44,886 nt of DNA from Actinomycetota bacterium (GTDB taxonomy: Bacteria > Actinomycetota > Thermoleophilia > Gaiellales > Gaiellaceae): positions 1-44,886 of the forward strand of contig JACCTQ010000121.1 of the NCBI GenBank assembly GCA_013812265.1. Reading direction: 5' to 3'. A model generated the notes under the pieces. That model did not search any database. It was given only the letters and a program-made list of their open reading frames with translations, and had not been told where the DNA came from. Below are positions 28,305-40,437 of this stretch, in pieces. The stretch's first letter is position 1. Each line of letters opens with the position of its first letter. The translations under genes were made by a program, and so were the position numbers.

Positions 28305-28482
28305 TCAGCGCCCTGCTAGTCGTTCCACGAGCCTGCGCTCGTCTTCGCCGAAGCACGGCGGAGACCCAGCCGCCGCGTTCTCGCGCGCCGGGTCGGCTTG
28401 GAGGTGGCGGGGATGACGACATCCACGCGGTCATCGGACAACGTCCACTTGAGAAGAACTCTGCGGCCACATCTGCACACCA
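28305..28482 (-). pseudogene. C-terminal remnant of an aldo/keto reductase
   Basis: Across two frameshifts it reads GVQMWPQ / VLLKWTLSDDRVDVVIPATSKP / ARENAAAGSPPCFGEDERRLVERLAGR*, the AKR 'LKW......VIP.T......EN' C-terminus. No N-terminal part. Confidence 0.7.
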
Positions 28483-29472
28483 TCAACGAACCAGGCTTCG
28501 CGCCAACCGGCCCGCGGCGAAGGCGGAGGCGAAAAACCAAGGGTCCTCATCCGGGCCACGACCCATATGGTCGAGCGGCAGGTCGGCGCACGTGGTCTCC
28601 CAGCCGGTGACATCGACCTCCTCGCGGCGGTGCAGCCAGGCCGGCGGCGGCAGGCCGTGCGGCCACGCCGTGACAAAGCTTCCAAGGCAGAGCTCCAGCG
28701 CTGCCCGGCTGTGGTGGGAGACCCCGCGGTGGCGCTCCCGGACATCCTGGGTCGAGACACGCACCGCGAGAACGGGGGCACCCTGGAGAGCAGCGGCCGC
28801 GTTGGCAGCATCGGTGGCCGCGAGACCCCCGTGACCAAGGTGCGAGCCGGTGCCTGCGATCCCGGGGCCGACGGCGCAGACCACCGCGTCGAACTCCTCG
28901 GTTCCTGCCCACGCGAGAGCCGAGTAGACGTTCATGCACTGGACATCGCCGTCGAGACACGCGCCGACCCCGACCGCCGCCTCTATCAGCCTCCTCGTCT
29001 TCAGCGCCCGGATGGCGTCGGATAGCGACACGGGCAGCGCGCCGCCCGGGAGCTGCACGTACGCAAGACGAAGCCCGTAACCGAGTCCTGCGCATACGGG
29101 GGCAACCTGGCTGTGAAGGGAGCAGCAAACGACCGGCATTCCATCCAGGGTGTCGGCGAGGGGCCCGTCCTCTTCCGCGTACCGCACCGCAGACTGGAGC
29201 GGCGTGTACGGGAGCCTCATGACGTGCGCGCCCTCGTCCGGCGAAAGCTCGAGCCCACGTGTGAGGTTGACGTAGAGCACGTCGAAGCCTCCTGATCCAA
29301 GCCCGAGCAACCTGGCCTGCACATTGACCACGACCTCGTCGCCGAGCGCAACGGGACCCGCCAGACCGGGATACGACAAGCACGGGACGCCGTCCACCTC
29401 GATCCGCACGAGCCCCTCGACGCGTTCGACCACCGCTGTCACGGTTCCACGGCGAAGCGAAAGGGGGCTCAC
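28483..29472 (-). CDS. DUF3866 family protein
   Basis: LGLGSGGFD, HVMRLPYTPLQ, LHSQ, GPGIAGTG, RERHRGVSHH and MGRGPDEDPWFF. Confidence 0.88.
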   Translation of the reverse strand: MSPLSLRRGTVTAVVERVEGLVRIEVDGVPCLSYPGLAGPVALGDEVVVNVQARLLGLGSGGFDVLYVNLTRGLELSPDEGAHVMRLPYTPLQSAVRYAEEDGPLADTLDGMPVVCCSLHSQVAPVCAGLGYGLRLAYVQLPGGALPVSLSDAIRALKTRRLIEAAVGVGACLDGDVQCMNVYSALAWAGTEEFDAVVCAVGPGIAGTGSHLGHGGLAATDAANAAAALQGAPVLAVRVSTQDVRERHRGVSHHSRAALELCLGSFVTAWPHGLPPPAWLHRREEVDVTGWETTCADLPLDHMGRGPDEDPWFFASAFAAGRLARSLVR

Positions 29473-30608
29473 TCGTCCGCGTGCAGCGCGGCGTCGACGA
29501 GCGCGAGCGTCACGTCGACCATGCTCTCCAGATCGGCGACGGCGATGTGCTCATCGGGCGTATGGATGCTCGCCATGCCGTTCGCGAGATTGAGGCAGGC
29601 GAGGCCGCGTTCGTTGAAGACGTTGGCATCCGCCCCGCCGCCGGTGAGCCCGTACCGGGGCAGGTGGCCCGTGCTTCGGAGCGCTCGGGTCGCAAGCTCC
29701 ACCGGCAGATCGCCTTCCTTGAACCGGTAACCCCTCGAGCCTTCCAAAACCCGTGTCTCCACCTCACATTCGCCGACCCCGGCGGCGAACGTGATCGCGT
29801 CGAGCATCTCCTGCACGAGATCTGCGAGCTTGCCTTCGTCGTGCGAGCGCGCCTCGGCAACCAGCCCGCAGTGCTCGGGAACGACGTTCCGGGCTGTTCC
29901 GCCGGTGATGACGCCCACGTTCGCGGTCGTCTCGTCGTCGAGCCGGCCGAGCCGAAGATCCGCGACCGCCCGGGCCGCCGCGGCGATCGCCGAACGTCCC
30001 TCCTCGGGGTACATGCCGGCATGCGCCGCTCGGCCATGAAAGCGCACGTCCACGGAGCGCTGGTGTGGCGCTCCGAGCACGATGTCCCCGATGGGAGCGG
30101 CTTGGTCGTAGACGAACCCGACACGCGCGTGCAGGCGGGCAGCGTCGAACGCCTTGGCCCCGAGGAGGCCGACCTCCTCCTTCGTCGTCAGCAGGAGCTC
30201 GACACCGGCATGAGGCCGATCCTGCTCGACGATCCGGGCGATCGCCTCGAGCATGCTGGCCACCGCGGCCTTGTTGTCGGCCCCGAGGATCGTGCCTGCG
30301 GCGTTGCGGACGACGCCTTCCGCGACCAGCGGCTCGATCGGGCCTTCCGGCGGAACGGTGTCGAGGTGAGCGCACAGGAAGATCGGCACGCCGCGCGCCT
30401 CGGTGGCGTCGAGCGTGCAGAGCAGGTTGCCCGACGTCGAGCCCACGGAGGGTCCCGAATCGTCCTCGGTCACCTGCAGCCCGAGAGCGCCAAGATGGGC
30501 GATCGCGATGTCGGCCACACACCTCTCCTCGCCCGGGGGGCTGGGAAGAGCGGCCATCGTCTGGAACAACGCGAGCACGTTCTCGCGCGGAGGTTTAGCC
30601 GACCGCAA
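29469..30608 (-). CDS. M20B peptidase T-like metallopeptidase (start uncertain)
   Basis: AHLDTV, LGADNKA, EEVGLLGA, AHAG..PEEG, GGGADAN and IHTPDE. Confidence 0.92.
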   Translation of the reverse strand: MRSAKPPRENVLALFQTMAALPSPPGEERCVADIAIAHLGALGLQVTEDDSGPSVGSTSGNLLCTLDATEARGVPIFLCAHLDTVPPEGPIEPLVAEGVVRNAAGTILGADNKAAVASMLEAIARIVEQDRPHAGVELLLTTKEEVGLLGAKAFDAARLHARVGFVYDQAAPIGDIVLGAPHQRSVDVRFHGRAAHAGMYPEEGRSAIAAAARAVADLRLGRLDDETTANVGVITGGTARNVVPEHCGLVAEARSHDEGKLADLVQEMLDAITFAAGVGECEVETRVLEGSRGYRFKEGDLPVELATRALRSTGHLPRYGLTGGGADANVFNERGLACLNLANGMASIHTPDEHIAVADLESMVDVTLALVDAALHADE

Positions 30609-30632
30609 ATTTGCTCAAACTTGAGTGAATAT

Positions 30633-30662
30633 TTGACACCCTTCACAGTGGTGTGTTATGAA
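30633..30662 (+). promoter_or_regulatory. Putative sigma70 promoter for the TrmB gene
   Basis: TTGACA (30633-30638) and an extended -10-like TGtTATGAA within an AT-rich island. Confidence 0.5.
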
Positions 30663-30761
30663 TCCAGTGGGCGGGCGCAGTTTTCCCTCTCTGTCGTGAA
30701 CGTTGGTGGGGGCCCGATGCGGCGGGGCCCCATCCAACGTGGTCGTTGTTCCGAACTTTTG

Positions 30762-31598
30762 ATGCCTGACACTCCTGCCGTCGACCAGCTTATGCGGCTC
30801 GGTCTGACCACGTACGAGGCAAAGGCGTACCTCGCGCTCATCCGGCGCGACTCGTCGTCTGCCTCAGAGGTGGCGCGCGTCGCCCGTCTGCCGAGACAGC
30901 GAATCTACGACGTGCTGGCGAGCCTGACTCAGAAGGGTCTCGCCACCACGCATCCGGGGAGCCCGGCCGCGTACGGTGCGACCGCGCCCGAGGCGGCGGT
31001 CTCGCGCCTGCTCGCGAGCCACCGCCAGGAGCTGGCGAGCCTGGAGCGTCAGGCCGAGACCATGGTCGAACACCTGACGCCGGCCTACCGGGAAGGACAG
31101 ACCTTCACCGATCCACTCGAGTACATCGAGGTGCTGCGAGACCCCCGCACCATCACGGAGCGCTTCAACGAGCTGCAGGGGAACGTGAAGCGGGAGATCC
31201 TCGTTTTCACCAGACCGCCCTACGCGCTGACCCCCGCGCAGAACGTGGAGGGACTGCGCCTCCTCGCCGAGCACACGGCCAAGGGTGTCTACGAGTTCTC
31301 CCTCTTCGATGACACCAACGACGTCGACGCGGTTCGCCGCTTCATCGAAGCAGGCGAGCAGGCGCGGTTCGTCGCCGAGCTGCCGCTCAAGCTGGCGATC
31401 ATCGACGAGACGATCGTAATGTTCGGCATGCAGGACCCGCTCGCGGGCAGCGCCGACCTCACGATGGTCGTCGTGGAGCATCCTTCGCTGGCGCACGTGC
31501 TCAAGATCGCATTCCTTGCGGTCTGGGAGCAGGGGCTCACCTTCGACGAAGCGCTGCAGCGCTTCGGCAGCCGCGCGGTCGAGCGAAAAGCTTCCTAG
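30762..31598 (+). CDS. TrmB family transcriptional regulator
   Basis: LGLTTYEAKAYLAL...EVARVARLPRQRIYDVLASL..KGL (TrmB wHTH) and a C-terminal LPLKLAIID effector/PLD-like domain. Confidence 0.9.
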   Translation: MPDTPAVDQLMRLGLTTYEAKAYLALIRRDSSSASEVARVARLPRQRIYDVLASLTQKGLATTHPGSPAAYGATAPEAAVSRLLASHRQELASLERQAETMVEHLTPAYREGQTFTDPLEYIEVLRDPRTITERFNELQGNVKREILVFTRPPYALTPAQNVEGLRLLAEHTAKGVYEFSLFDDTNDVDAVRRFIEAGEQARFVAELPLKLAIIDETIVMFGMQDPLAGSADLTMVVVEHPSLAHVLKIAFLAVWEQGLTFDEALQRFGSRAVERKAS

Positions 31599-31606
31599 AG
31601 TTCTTG

Positions 31607-34531
<2,925 letters not shown>

Positions 34532-34535
<4 letters not shown>

Positions 34536-35407
34536 CGGCGCGGCGGTGCCGGGGCAACAGGCTCGATCGCCGGCACGGCCCCGTCCGAGGCGTCTTTGAC
34601 GCCGTAGCTGCCGCGCTGCCCTCCGGCGAGCAGGACCGCCAGCGACACGCGTCCGACGGGCGTGTCGACAGCGTCGACACTCGAGAACGCGACGCGCCGG
34701 TAGAGGCCGGCGGACGAGGGCCGCTGCGCCATCGCCTCCACGCCCACGACCGGGACGGATCCGGCGAGCCCACTGTAGAACCCGAGCAGGAACCGCCCCG
34801 TGGGATCGCGTTGCGGCGGCGCCGATCGCATCACCACGACGCCGTCCGCCGGCCGTTTCCCGCTCCCCAGACGTTCCTCCACGAGTGCGCTCGAGAGGCT
34901 GTCCCAGAGTGGTGTATTGCCGCCGGCGACGAGCTCATGCCCGAGATCGCGGCCGAGGTCCGCGAGCGCCCGCTCGTTCATGTAGTCAGCGAGCCCGGGG
35001 CGGGCTTCGGCCGCCGCGTCCAGCGCCTGCGTCCCGAGCGGAACGGCCAGAGCTCGCAGGCGAACGATCGTTCCTCCGGCGTCCTCGACCGCCTCGGACA
35101 CCGCGGAGCTGACGGCGGCATCGACCGAGCCCACGAAGACGATGGCGATCCTCTTCCCCACGAGACGGTCCTGCATGACCGCTCCGTACGCCGCCTCGAC
35201 GAACGCCTCAGCGGCCTTCTGCTGCTGATTCCGGGTCGAAGCTACTTCGAGACGCTCGTTCAACCGGTCGACCTCGTCCTGGAGCTTGACGAGACGAGTG
35301 CTGTCGGCGAGACCGGGATCCGAGATGCCGACGCCCACGAGAATGCCGATCATGAGCGCGAGGAAGACGGCCGCGAGCGATGCAACGTGGTAGCGGAGGT
35401 CAAACAA
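34532..35407 (-). CDS. steB: SteB / MctB ('copper transporter', DUF3186) family protein
   Basis: FDLRYHVASLAAVFLAL.IGIL.G, a coiled coil, SSVD.VDTP.G and G.YGVK. TTG 35407 inferred. Confidence 0.88.
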
Positions 35408-35571
35408 CCTTTTTCCGCTTCGCGCAAAAAGCTTGACCAAAAAGGGAAACCGGTATCGCCCTCAGCGGGTCTTGCTCCTTTAACTTCCGCTGCCGCGGAA
35501 GTTGCCCTTCGGGCAAAAGCTCTATCGAGGGAAAAGCGCCTTTCCGCCTCATAGGTGCTGGTGCGTCCTTC

Positions 35572-36009
35572 CTAGACTTCTGCGGCGATAGCCGCAGAAG
35601 TCTGGCACAGCGCTCGCAGGCGGCCGAGCGCCTGCCGCGGTAGCGGACGGAGGCCTTCGAGAGGGATACGCCACCAGGCGGCCGCGAGCGCGATCTCGAC
35701 CGCACTTCCGTCGGCCACCGCCTCGATCCGCGCTTCTCCGACGAAATCTTGCTGAAGGTCCCGCCAGGCGAGAACCCGGCCCGGCTCCACGAGCGTGATC
35801 ACGACCAGGCCATCACCGCCTGGACGGCGCAGCAGGCCGGGCGCACCCGCGCGGACGATGCCCCAGCGGGCCCCTTCGGTCACCCCGCGCCGGTCGGGAC
35901 GGACGGCCGCGTACCCGGGCCACCAGTCCGACAGATGGTGTGGCTCGGCGAGCAGTGCCCACAGATCGTCCGGCGGCGCCTCGACGTGCCCGGATGCCGA
36001 GAGGCGCAC
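35572..36009 (-). CDS. SRPBCC (START/Bet v1-like) domain protein
   Basis: VEAPPDDLWALLAEPHHLSDWWPG...VEPGRVLAW and a C-terminal helix. Start is GTG 36009 or TTG 36018. Confidence 0.85.
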   Translation of the reverse strand: MRLSASGHVEAPPDDLWALLAEPHHLSDWWPGYAAVRPDRRGVTEGARWGIVRAGAPGLLRRPGGDGLVVITLVEPGRVLAWRDLQQDFVGEARIEAVADGSAVEIALAAAWWRIPLEGLRPLPRQALGRLRALCQTSAAIAAEV

Positions 36010-36014
36010 TAGTT

Positions 36015-37151
36015 TCAACCTATGCCGAGCAGGTCTCGGAGCCGCAGGCTCAGGAGCTCGATGAGATTGCGGAGTCCCGGCGAGGCGAGGACGGCGACCA
36101 CCACCGCTCCGAGCCCGGTGACGGCGAAAGCGGCCAACGGCCACAGGCCCACCCGGCGACTCACGAGGCGGGAGACGCCCTTCGCGTCGATGAGGATCTC
36201 CCCCACCTTGAGGCGCGTCACGAACGTCGACGACATCCCGGCGCGGTCCCGCTCGAGAAACTCGGTCAGGTTGAAGTGCGTCCCCACGGCCACGATCAAC
36301 TCGGCGCCCTTCTCGTAGGCCAGGAGCATCGCCAAGTCTTCGCTCACGCCCGTGGCAGGCACGACCTGGTAGCCGACCCCGAGCCGCGCGAGGCGTGTGG
36401 CGCCCGGCGCTCGGCCCTCCCGGTAGCCGTGCACCACGATCTCGGCGCCCGAGCGAAGCGTGTCGTCCGAGACAGAATCCATGTCGCCGACGATCACGTC
36501 CGGCCGGTAGCCCGCGCCCAGAAGCGCGTCGGAACCGCCATCGACCCCGATCAGGACGGGTTTGAAGTCGCGGATGTAGGGCGCGACGATGCGGAGGTCG
36601 CGCTTGTGACCCGGGCCCCGGGCGACCACGAGTGCGTGCCGGTCGCGGAAGCGGGTCTCCAGCGGCGGGAAGTCGATCCCCTCGGCGAGCAGCCTGCCCT
36701 CCTCGCGCAGGTAGCGCATGGTGTTCGCGGCGAACGCTTCCAGCGCCTCCGTCACCCGGCCCCGCTGCTCCGCGAGGGCCTCGGCGAGCTCCTCGGCACC
36801 CAGGATGCGACCGGACGCGAGCTGCGTCCCGTTGCGAAGGATGGTGCCACCACGGACTGTCACCAGCTCGCCATCGCTGAGCTTTTCGAACAGCGGTGCG
36901 TCGAGAGCGTCGATCAAACGCACGCCGGATCGAACGAGCAGCAGCGGGCCCGGGTTCGGAAACCGGCCGCTGTGCGACCGCGACACGTTCACGACCACCC
37001 GCACGCCCGATTCGACGAGCTCCTCGGCGGACACGCGGTCGAGATCCACGTGGTCGATGACGGCGACGTCGCCGGGCCCGAGCCGGCGAACCAGGTGCTT
37101 CGTCCGCCGATCCAGCCGCGCCGGACCCGTGAACTCTACGAAGGTCGTCAT
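36015..37151 (-). CDS. steA: SteA, putative cytokinetic ring protein (thiamin pyrophosphokinase-like domain)
   Basis: LDRRTKHLVRRL.PGD.AVIDH.DLDR, SGRFPNPGP, IGVDGG.DAL, GDMDSVS, GMSSTFVTRLKVG and a C-terminal TM helix. Confidence 0.92.
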   Translation of the reverse strand: MTTFVEFTGPARLDRRTKHLVRRLGPGDVAVIDHVDLDRVSAEELVESGVRVVVNVSRSHSGRFPNPGPLLLVRSGVRLIDALDAPLFEKLSDGELVTVRGGTILRNGTQLASGRILGAEELAEALAEQRGRVTEALEAFAANTMRYLREEGRLLAEGIDFPPLETRFRDRHALVVARGPGHKRDLRIVAPYIRDFKPVLIGVDGGSDALLGAGYRPDVIVGDMDSVSDDTLRSGAEIVVHGYREGRAPGATRLARLGVGYQVVPATGVSEDLAMLLAYEKGAELIVAVGTHFNLTEFLERDRAGMSSTFVTRLKVGEILIDAKGVSRLVSRRVGLWPLAAFAVTGLGAVVVAVLASPGLRNLIELLSLRLRDLLGIG

Positions 37152-38788
37152 CCGTCAGGGCCCTGGGAGAGAAGCGCCAGAAACTCTTCTCCACCGAGCA
37201 TGCGCTCGATCTCCTCGCGCCGGTCGTCGTCGGCGAGCGGCTCGATGCGTGTGTGGGTGGGGTCCCCCGGCACCTTCTCCACGCGGAAGTGGCGGTCGGC
37301 CAGGCTCGCGATCTGCGGCAGGTGGGTGATCGTGATGACCTGAGCGCGCTCACCGAGCCTGCGCAGCGTCTCGCCCACCGCGTGAGCGGTCCGCCCTCCG
37401 ATGCCCGCGTCGATCTCGTCGAAGACGATCGTCTCGCCGCCGGCGACGGCCGCGATCGCGAGCGCTATGCGCGACAGCTCGCCGCCCGACGCCGTCTCGG
37501 TGACGGGCGCCAACGGCAGGCCGGGGTTCGGCCTGATGAGGAACCTCGCCCCATCCGCGCCGGCCGGGCTGAGCTCCCGCTCGGAGAGCTCCACGAGGAA
37601 CTCCCCCTCCCCCACGCCGACATGCCGAAGCTCGCGCGAGACCGCCTCGGCAAGCAGCTCGGCCGTCGACCTGCGTGCAGCTCGGAGCTCGTCGCTCAGT
37701 GCCCGCGCACGGGATTCTGCGGCGGCCAGCTTCTCTGAGGAGGCGCGGGCTGGGTCGAAGCCCGCTTCCATCCTGCCGAGCTCGCCCCGTGCCGCCTCAG
37801 CTCGTTCGAGCAATTCCGGGAGCGACCCCACGCGAAACCGGCGCTTCAGATCGGAGATCCGCTCGAGTTCCTGCTCGATCTCCTCCAGCCGGGCCGGGTT
37901 GGTTTCCAGCGAGGCGAGCAAGCCGCGCAGCTCGGTCCCGGTCTCGCGAAGCCGCAACGCGACCTCGCGGAGCTCTTCGCCGGCTCGCGCCAGCTCGGGC
38001 GCGAGCCCTTCGAGCGGGGCTACCGCCCGCTCCGCGGACGCGACGAGGTCGCCCGCACCTCGTCCGTCGTCGGGCGCCAGCGCCTCGACGGCGGCCGAGG
38101 CGGCTTGACCGAGCTCGGCTGTCCGCCGCACCCGTTCCCGTTCTCCGCGGAGGACGTCCTCCGTCTCCGAGCCCAGCCCCGCGGTGTCGTCCGCAAGGGC
38201 ACGGAGCTCGTCGATGCGGGCTCGCGCCCGGGTAGCGTCCTCGGCGATCTCCTGGTGCTGACGGCGCGCCGCAAGGAGCTCCTGCCACGCGCGCCGAAGG
38301 TCGCGACGGCGACGCAGCTGCTCCTCGCCCACGAACGCGTCGAGAACATCCAGGTGGTAGGCCGGTTGTGCAAGACGCCGCTGTTGGAACTGGCCGGACA
38401 TGGCGATCAGCCGCTCCGCGACCGCCGCCAGGTCCTCCCGCGCGATACTTCTTCCCCACGCGTAGGCCCGCGTTCGGCCGTCCGGAAAGATCCGGCGCGC
38501 AAGAACGATCCAGTCCTCGCCCTCCGGGCGAAGCTCGGCTAGCGCCTGGAGCCCGTCCTCCTCGAAGAGGCCGTCGGGGAGGTCGAGCTCGGCCTCCACG
38601 TACGCCTCAGGGGCATCCGCGCCGATGAAGCCGGCCTCTCCTTTCACGCCGAGCAGAAGCCCGATCGCTTGGGCAAGGATCGTCTTGCCGGCGCCGGTCT
38701 CGCCGGTGATGGCAGTCAGCCCCGGACCCAGCTCCAGCTCGGCCTCGCGGATGAGGACGAGATTCTCGATGCGCAGCCTGCGCAGCAC
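37148..38788 (-). CDS. recN: DNA repair protein RecN
   Basis: ITGETGAGKT, coiled coil, ASGGELSR, FDEIDAGIGG and ITHLPQIA. AGGAG RBS before GTG 38788. Confidence 0.96.
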   Translation of the reverse strand: MLRRLRIENLVLIREAELELGPGLTAITGETGAGKTILAQAIGLLLGVKGEAGFIGADAPEAYVEAELDLPDGLFEEDGLQALAELRPEGEDWIVLARRIFPDGRTRAYAWGRSIAREDLAAVAERLIAMSGQFQQRRLAQPAYHLDVLDAFVGEEQLRRRRDLRRAWQELLAARRQHQEIAEDATRARARIDELRALADDTAGLGSETEDVLRGERERVRRTAELGQAASAAVEALAPDDGRGAGDLVASAERAVAPLEGLAPELARAGEELREVALRLRETGTELRGLLASLETNPARLEEIEQELERISDLKRRFRVGSLPELLERAEAARGELGRMEAGFDPARASSEKLAAAESRARALSDELRAARRSTAELLAEAVSRELRHVGVGEGEFLVELSERELSPAGADGARFLIRPNPGLPLAPVTETASGGELSRIALAIAAVAGGETIVFDEIDAGIGGRTAHAVGETLRRLGERAQVITITHLPQIASLADRHFRVEKVPGDPTHTRIEPLADDDRREEIERMLGGEEFLALLSQGPDG

Positions 38789-38825
38789 CTTCGCTCCTAC
38801 CAGCACCGCCGCCGGCTCGACGACG

Positions 38826-39668
38826 TCACGTCGCGAACGTCTCCCGGTAGCGGGTAAAGAAGGTCGACTCGGGCAGAGTCGCAAGCCTGCTTCGCAGGGC
38901 GCCCAGCCGCACGTCGACTCGGCCGCCCGGGTCCACGCGGCTGACCTCGTGGCCGTCGGCCAGCACGCTCACGGCCACGTCCGGGGTCGCATTCACGACG
39001 GCCAGGTCGCGGCTGCGCGGAACGACGAGTGGGCGGGCGTCGAGGGAGTGGGGCGCGATGAAGGTCACGGCCATCGCATCGAGACCCCAGACCATGACGG
39101 GGCCGCCGTTCGAGAGGTTGTAGCCCGTCGAGCCGACAGGCGTGGCCGAGATGACGCCGTCACACCGCTGACGTCCGAGGTGCTCGCCCCCCACGGACCA
39201 GTCGAGCTCGACCATGCGGCCGAGGGTCGCGCTCGTGACCACGACATCGTTCACCGCCGTCCTCCTTATCCCGCCCACGTCCGCCTCGAGGGTGGGTAGC
39301 TCCACGACCTGGAGGTCGCCAGCGAACACGCGGCGAAGATCCTCTTCCAGGCGGTCGGGCCGGATCGCCGTGAGGAAGCCGATCGTGCCGAAATTGACGC
39401 CGATCACCGGGACGGATGTCCCCAGAAATCGCTGGAGGGCGCGAAGCATCGTCCCGTCACCGCCGAGGACGATCCCGATGTCCGGGGAGTCCGGGTCGCC
39501 GGCGGCCTGGTCGCGACCGTGCTTGTCGAGCTCATCTTCGGGCAGTGAGAGCGTGACACCGCTCGCCCGGGCGAGGGCCTCCACGCGCGCGAGCGCGGGG
39601 CCGATCGTCTCCGGCTTGCCGTGGGTGATCAGCGTGGCCCGGCGTATGGGTTCAGCTGACTGCGACAT
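38826..39668 (-). CDS. nadK: NAD kinase
   Basis: LGGDGTML, GVN.G.IGFL, VNDV and DG...ATPVGSTGYNLS.GGP. Confidence 0.96.
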   Translation of the reverse strand: MSQSAEPIRRATLITHGKPETIGPALARVEALARASGVTLSLPEDELDKHGRDQAAGDPDSPDIGIVLGGDGTMLRALQRFLGTSVPVIGVNFGTIGFLTAIRPDRLEEDLRRVFAGDLQVVELPTLEADVGGIRRTAVNDVVVTSATLGRMVELDWSVGGEHLGRQRCDGVISATPVGSTGYNLSNGGPVMVWGLDAMAVTFIAPHSLDARPLVVPRSRDLAVVNATPDVAVSVLADGHEVSRVDPGGRVDVRLGALRSRLATLPESTFFTRYRETFAT

Positions 39669-40422
39669 CGATCCAGCGGTCGAGCTCGCTCGGAAGCTCT
39701 GGGGAACCCTCCGCGACGAGATGGAGGAAGAACTCACGATTGCCCTTTGGTCCCGGCAGGCCCGAGTCTACGACTGCCACGGTGGCCGCACCCCAGCCGA
39801 GGGCCGCCTCGGCCACCGCCCGTAGGACGTCCCGGTGCACGCTCGGGTCGCGCACGACCCCGCCCCGGCCCACCTCGGCGCGGCCCGCCTCGAACTGAGG
39901 CTTGACGAGCACCAGCGCCTGCCAGCCCGGCGCCGCGAGCCGGAGCGCGGGCAGCAGCGCCTTCCGCACGCTGATGAAGGAGACATCACACGTGAGCAGC
40001 TCGGGCGCGAATGGCAGCTCCCCCACGACACGTACGTTCACCCGTTCGAGCACGGTGACCCGCGAGTCCGACCGCAAGCGAGAATGGAGCTGTCCGTATC
40101 CGACATCGAGCGCGATCACCCGCGCTGCACCGCGCTGGAGCAAGCAGTCGGTGAACCCGCCCGTGGAGGCGCCGATGTCGAGACAGGCCTTCCCCCGCAC
40201 GTCGATGCGCAACGCGTCGAGGGCGTGCGCCAGCTTCTGACCGCCGCGGGAGACGAACGGAGGCGGCCTCTCGACGCTGAGCGGAGCAGAAGCCTCGACC
40301 TGAGTCCCCGCCTTGGCGTACCCGTGCACCAACCCCGCCATGACGAGGGACTGCGCCTGCGCGCGGCTCTCGGCGAGGCCCCGCTCCACGAGGAGCACGT
40401 CCAGCCTTTTCTTGGTTCCCAC
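39652..40422 (-). CDS. tlyA: TlyA family rRNA (cytidine-2'-O)-methyltransferase
   Basis: KRLDVLLVERGL, FVSRGG.KL, DIGASTGGFTD, DVSFIS, LVKPQFEAG and GPKGNREF. Confidence 0.96.
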   Translation of the reverse strand: MGTKKRLDVLLVERGLAESRAQAQSLVMAGLVHGYAKAGTQVEASAPLSVERPPPFVSRGGQKLAHALDALRIDVRGKACLDIGASTGGFTDCLLQRGAARVIALDVGYGQLHSRLRSDSRVTVLERVNVRVVGELPFAPELLTCDVSFISVRKALLPALRLAAPGWQALVLVKPQFEAGRAEVGRGGVVRDPSVHRDVLRAVAEAALGWGAATVAVVDSGLPGPKGNREFFLHLVAEGSPELPSELDRWIDVAVS

Positions 40423-40437
40423 CTCGAAAGCGTAGTG

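Noticed and set aside
29481..30761. N-terminal extension of the 705-aa ORF (apparent TrmB fusion)
   Set aside because: Antisense to the M20 peptidase and crosses a promoter region; TrmB starts at ATG 30762.
36019..37353. N-terminal part of the 593-aa ORF (apparent large SRPBCC protein)
   Set aside because: Alternative frame over steA/recN; only the last ~145 aa are protein-like.
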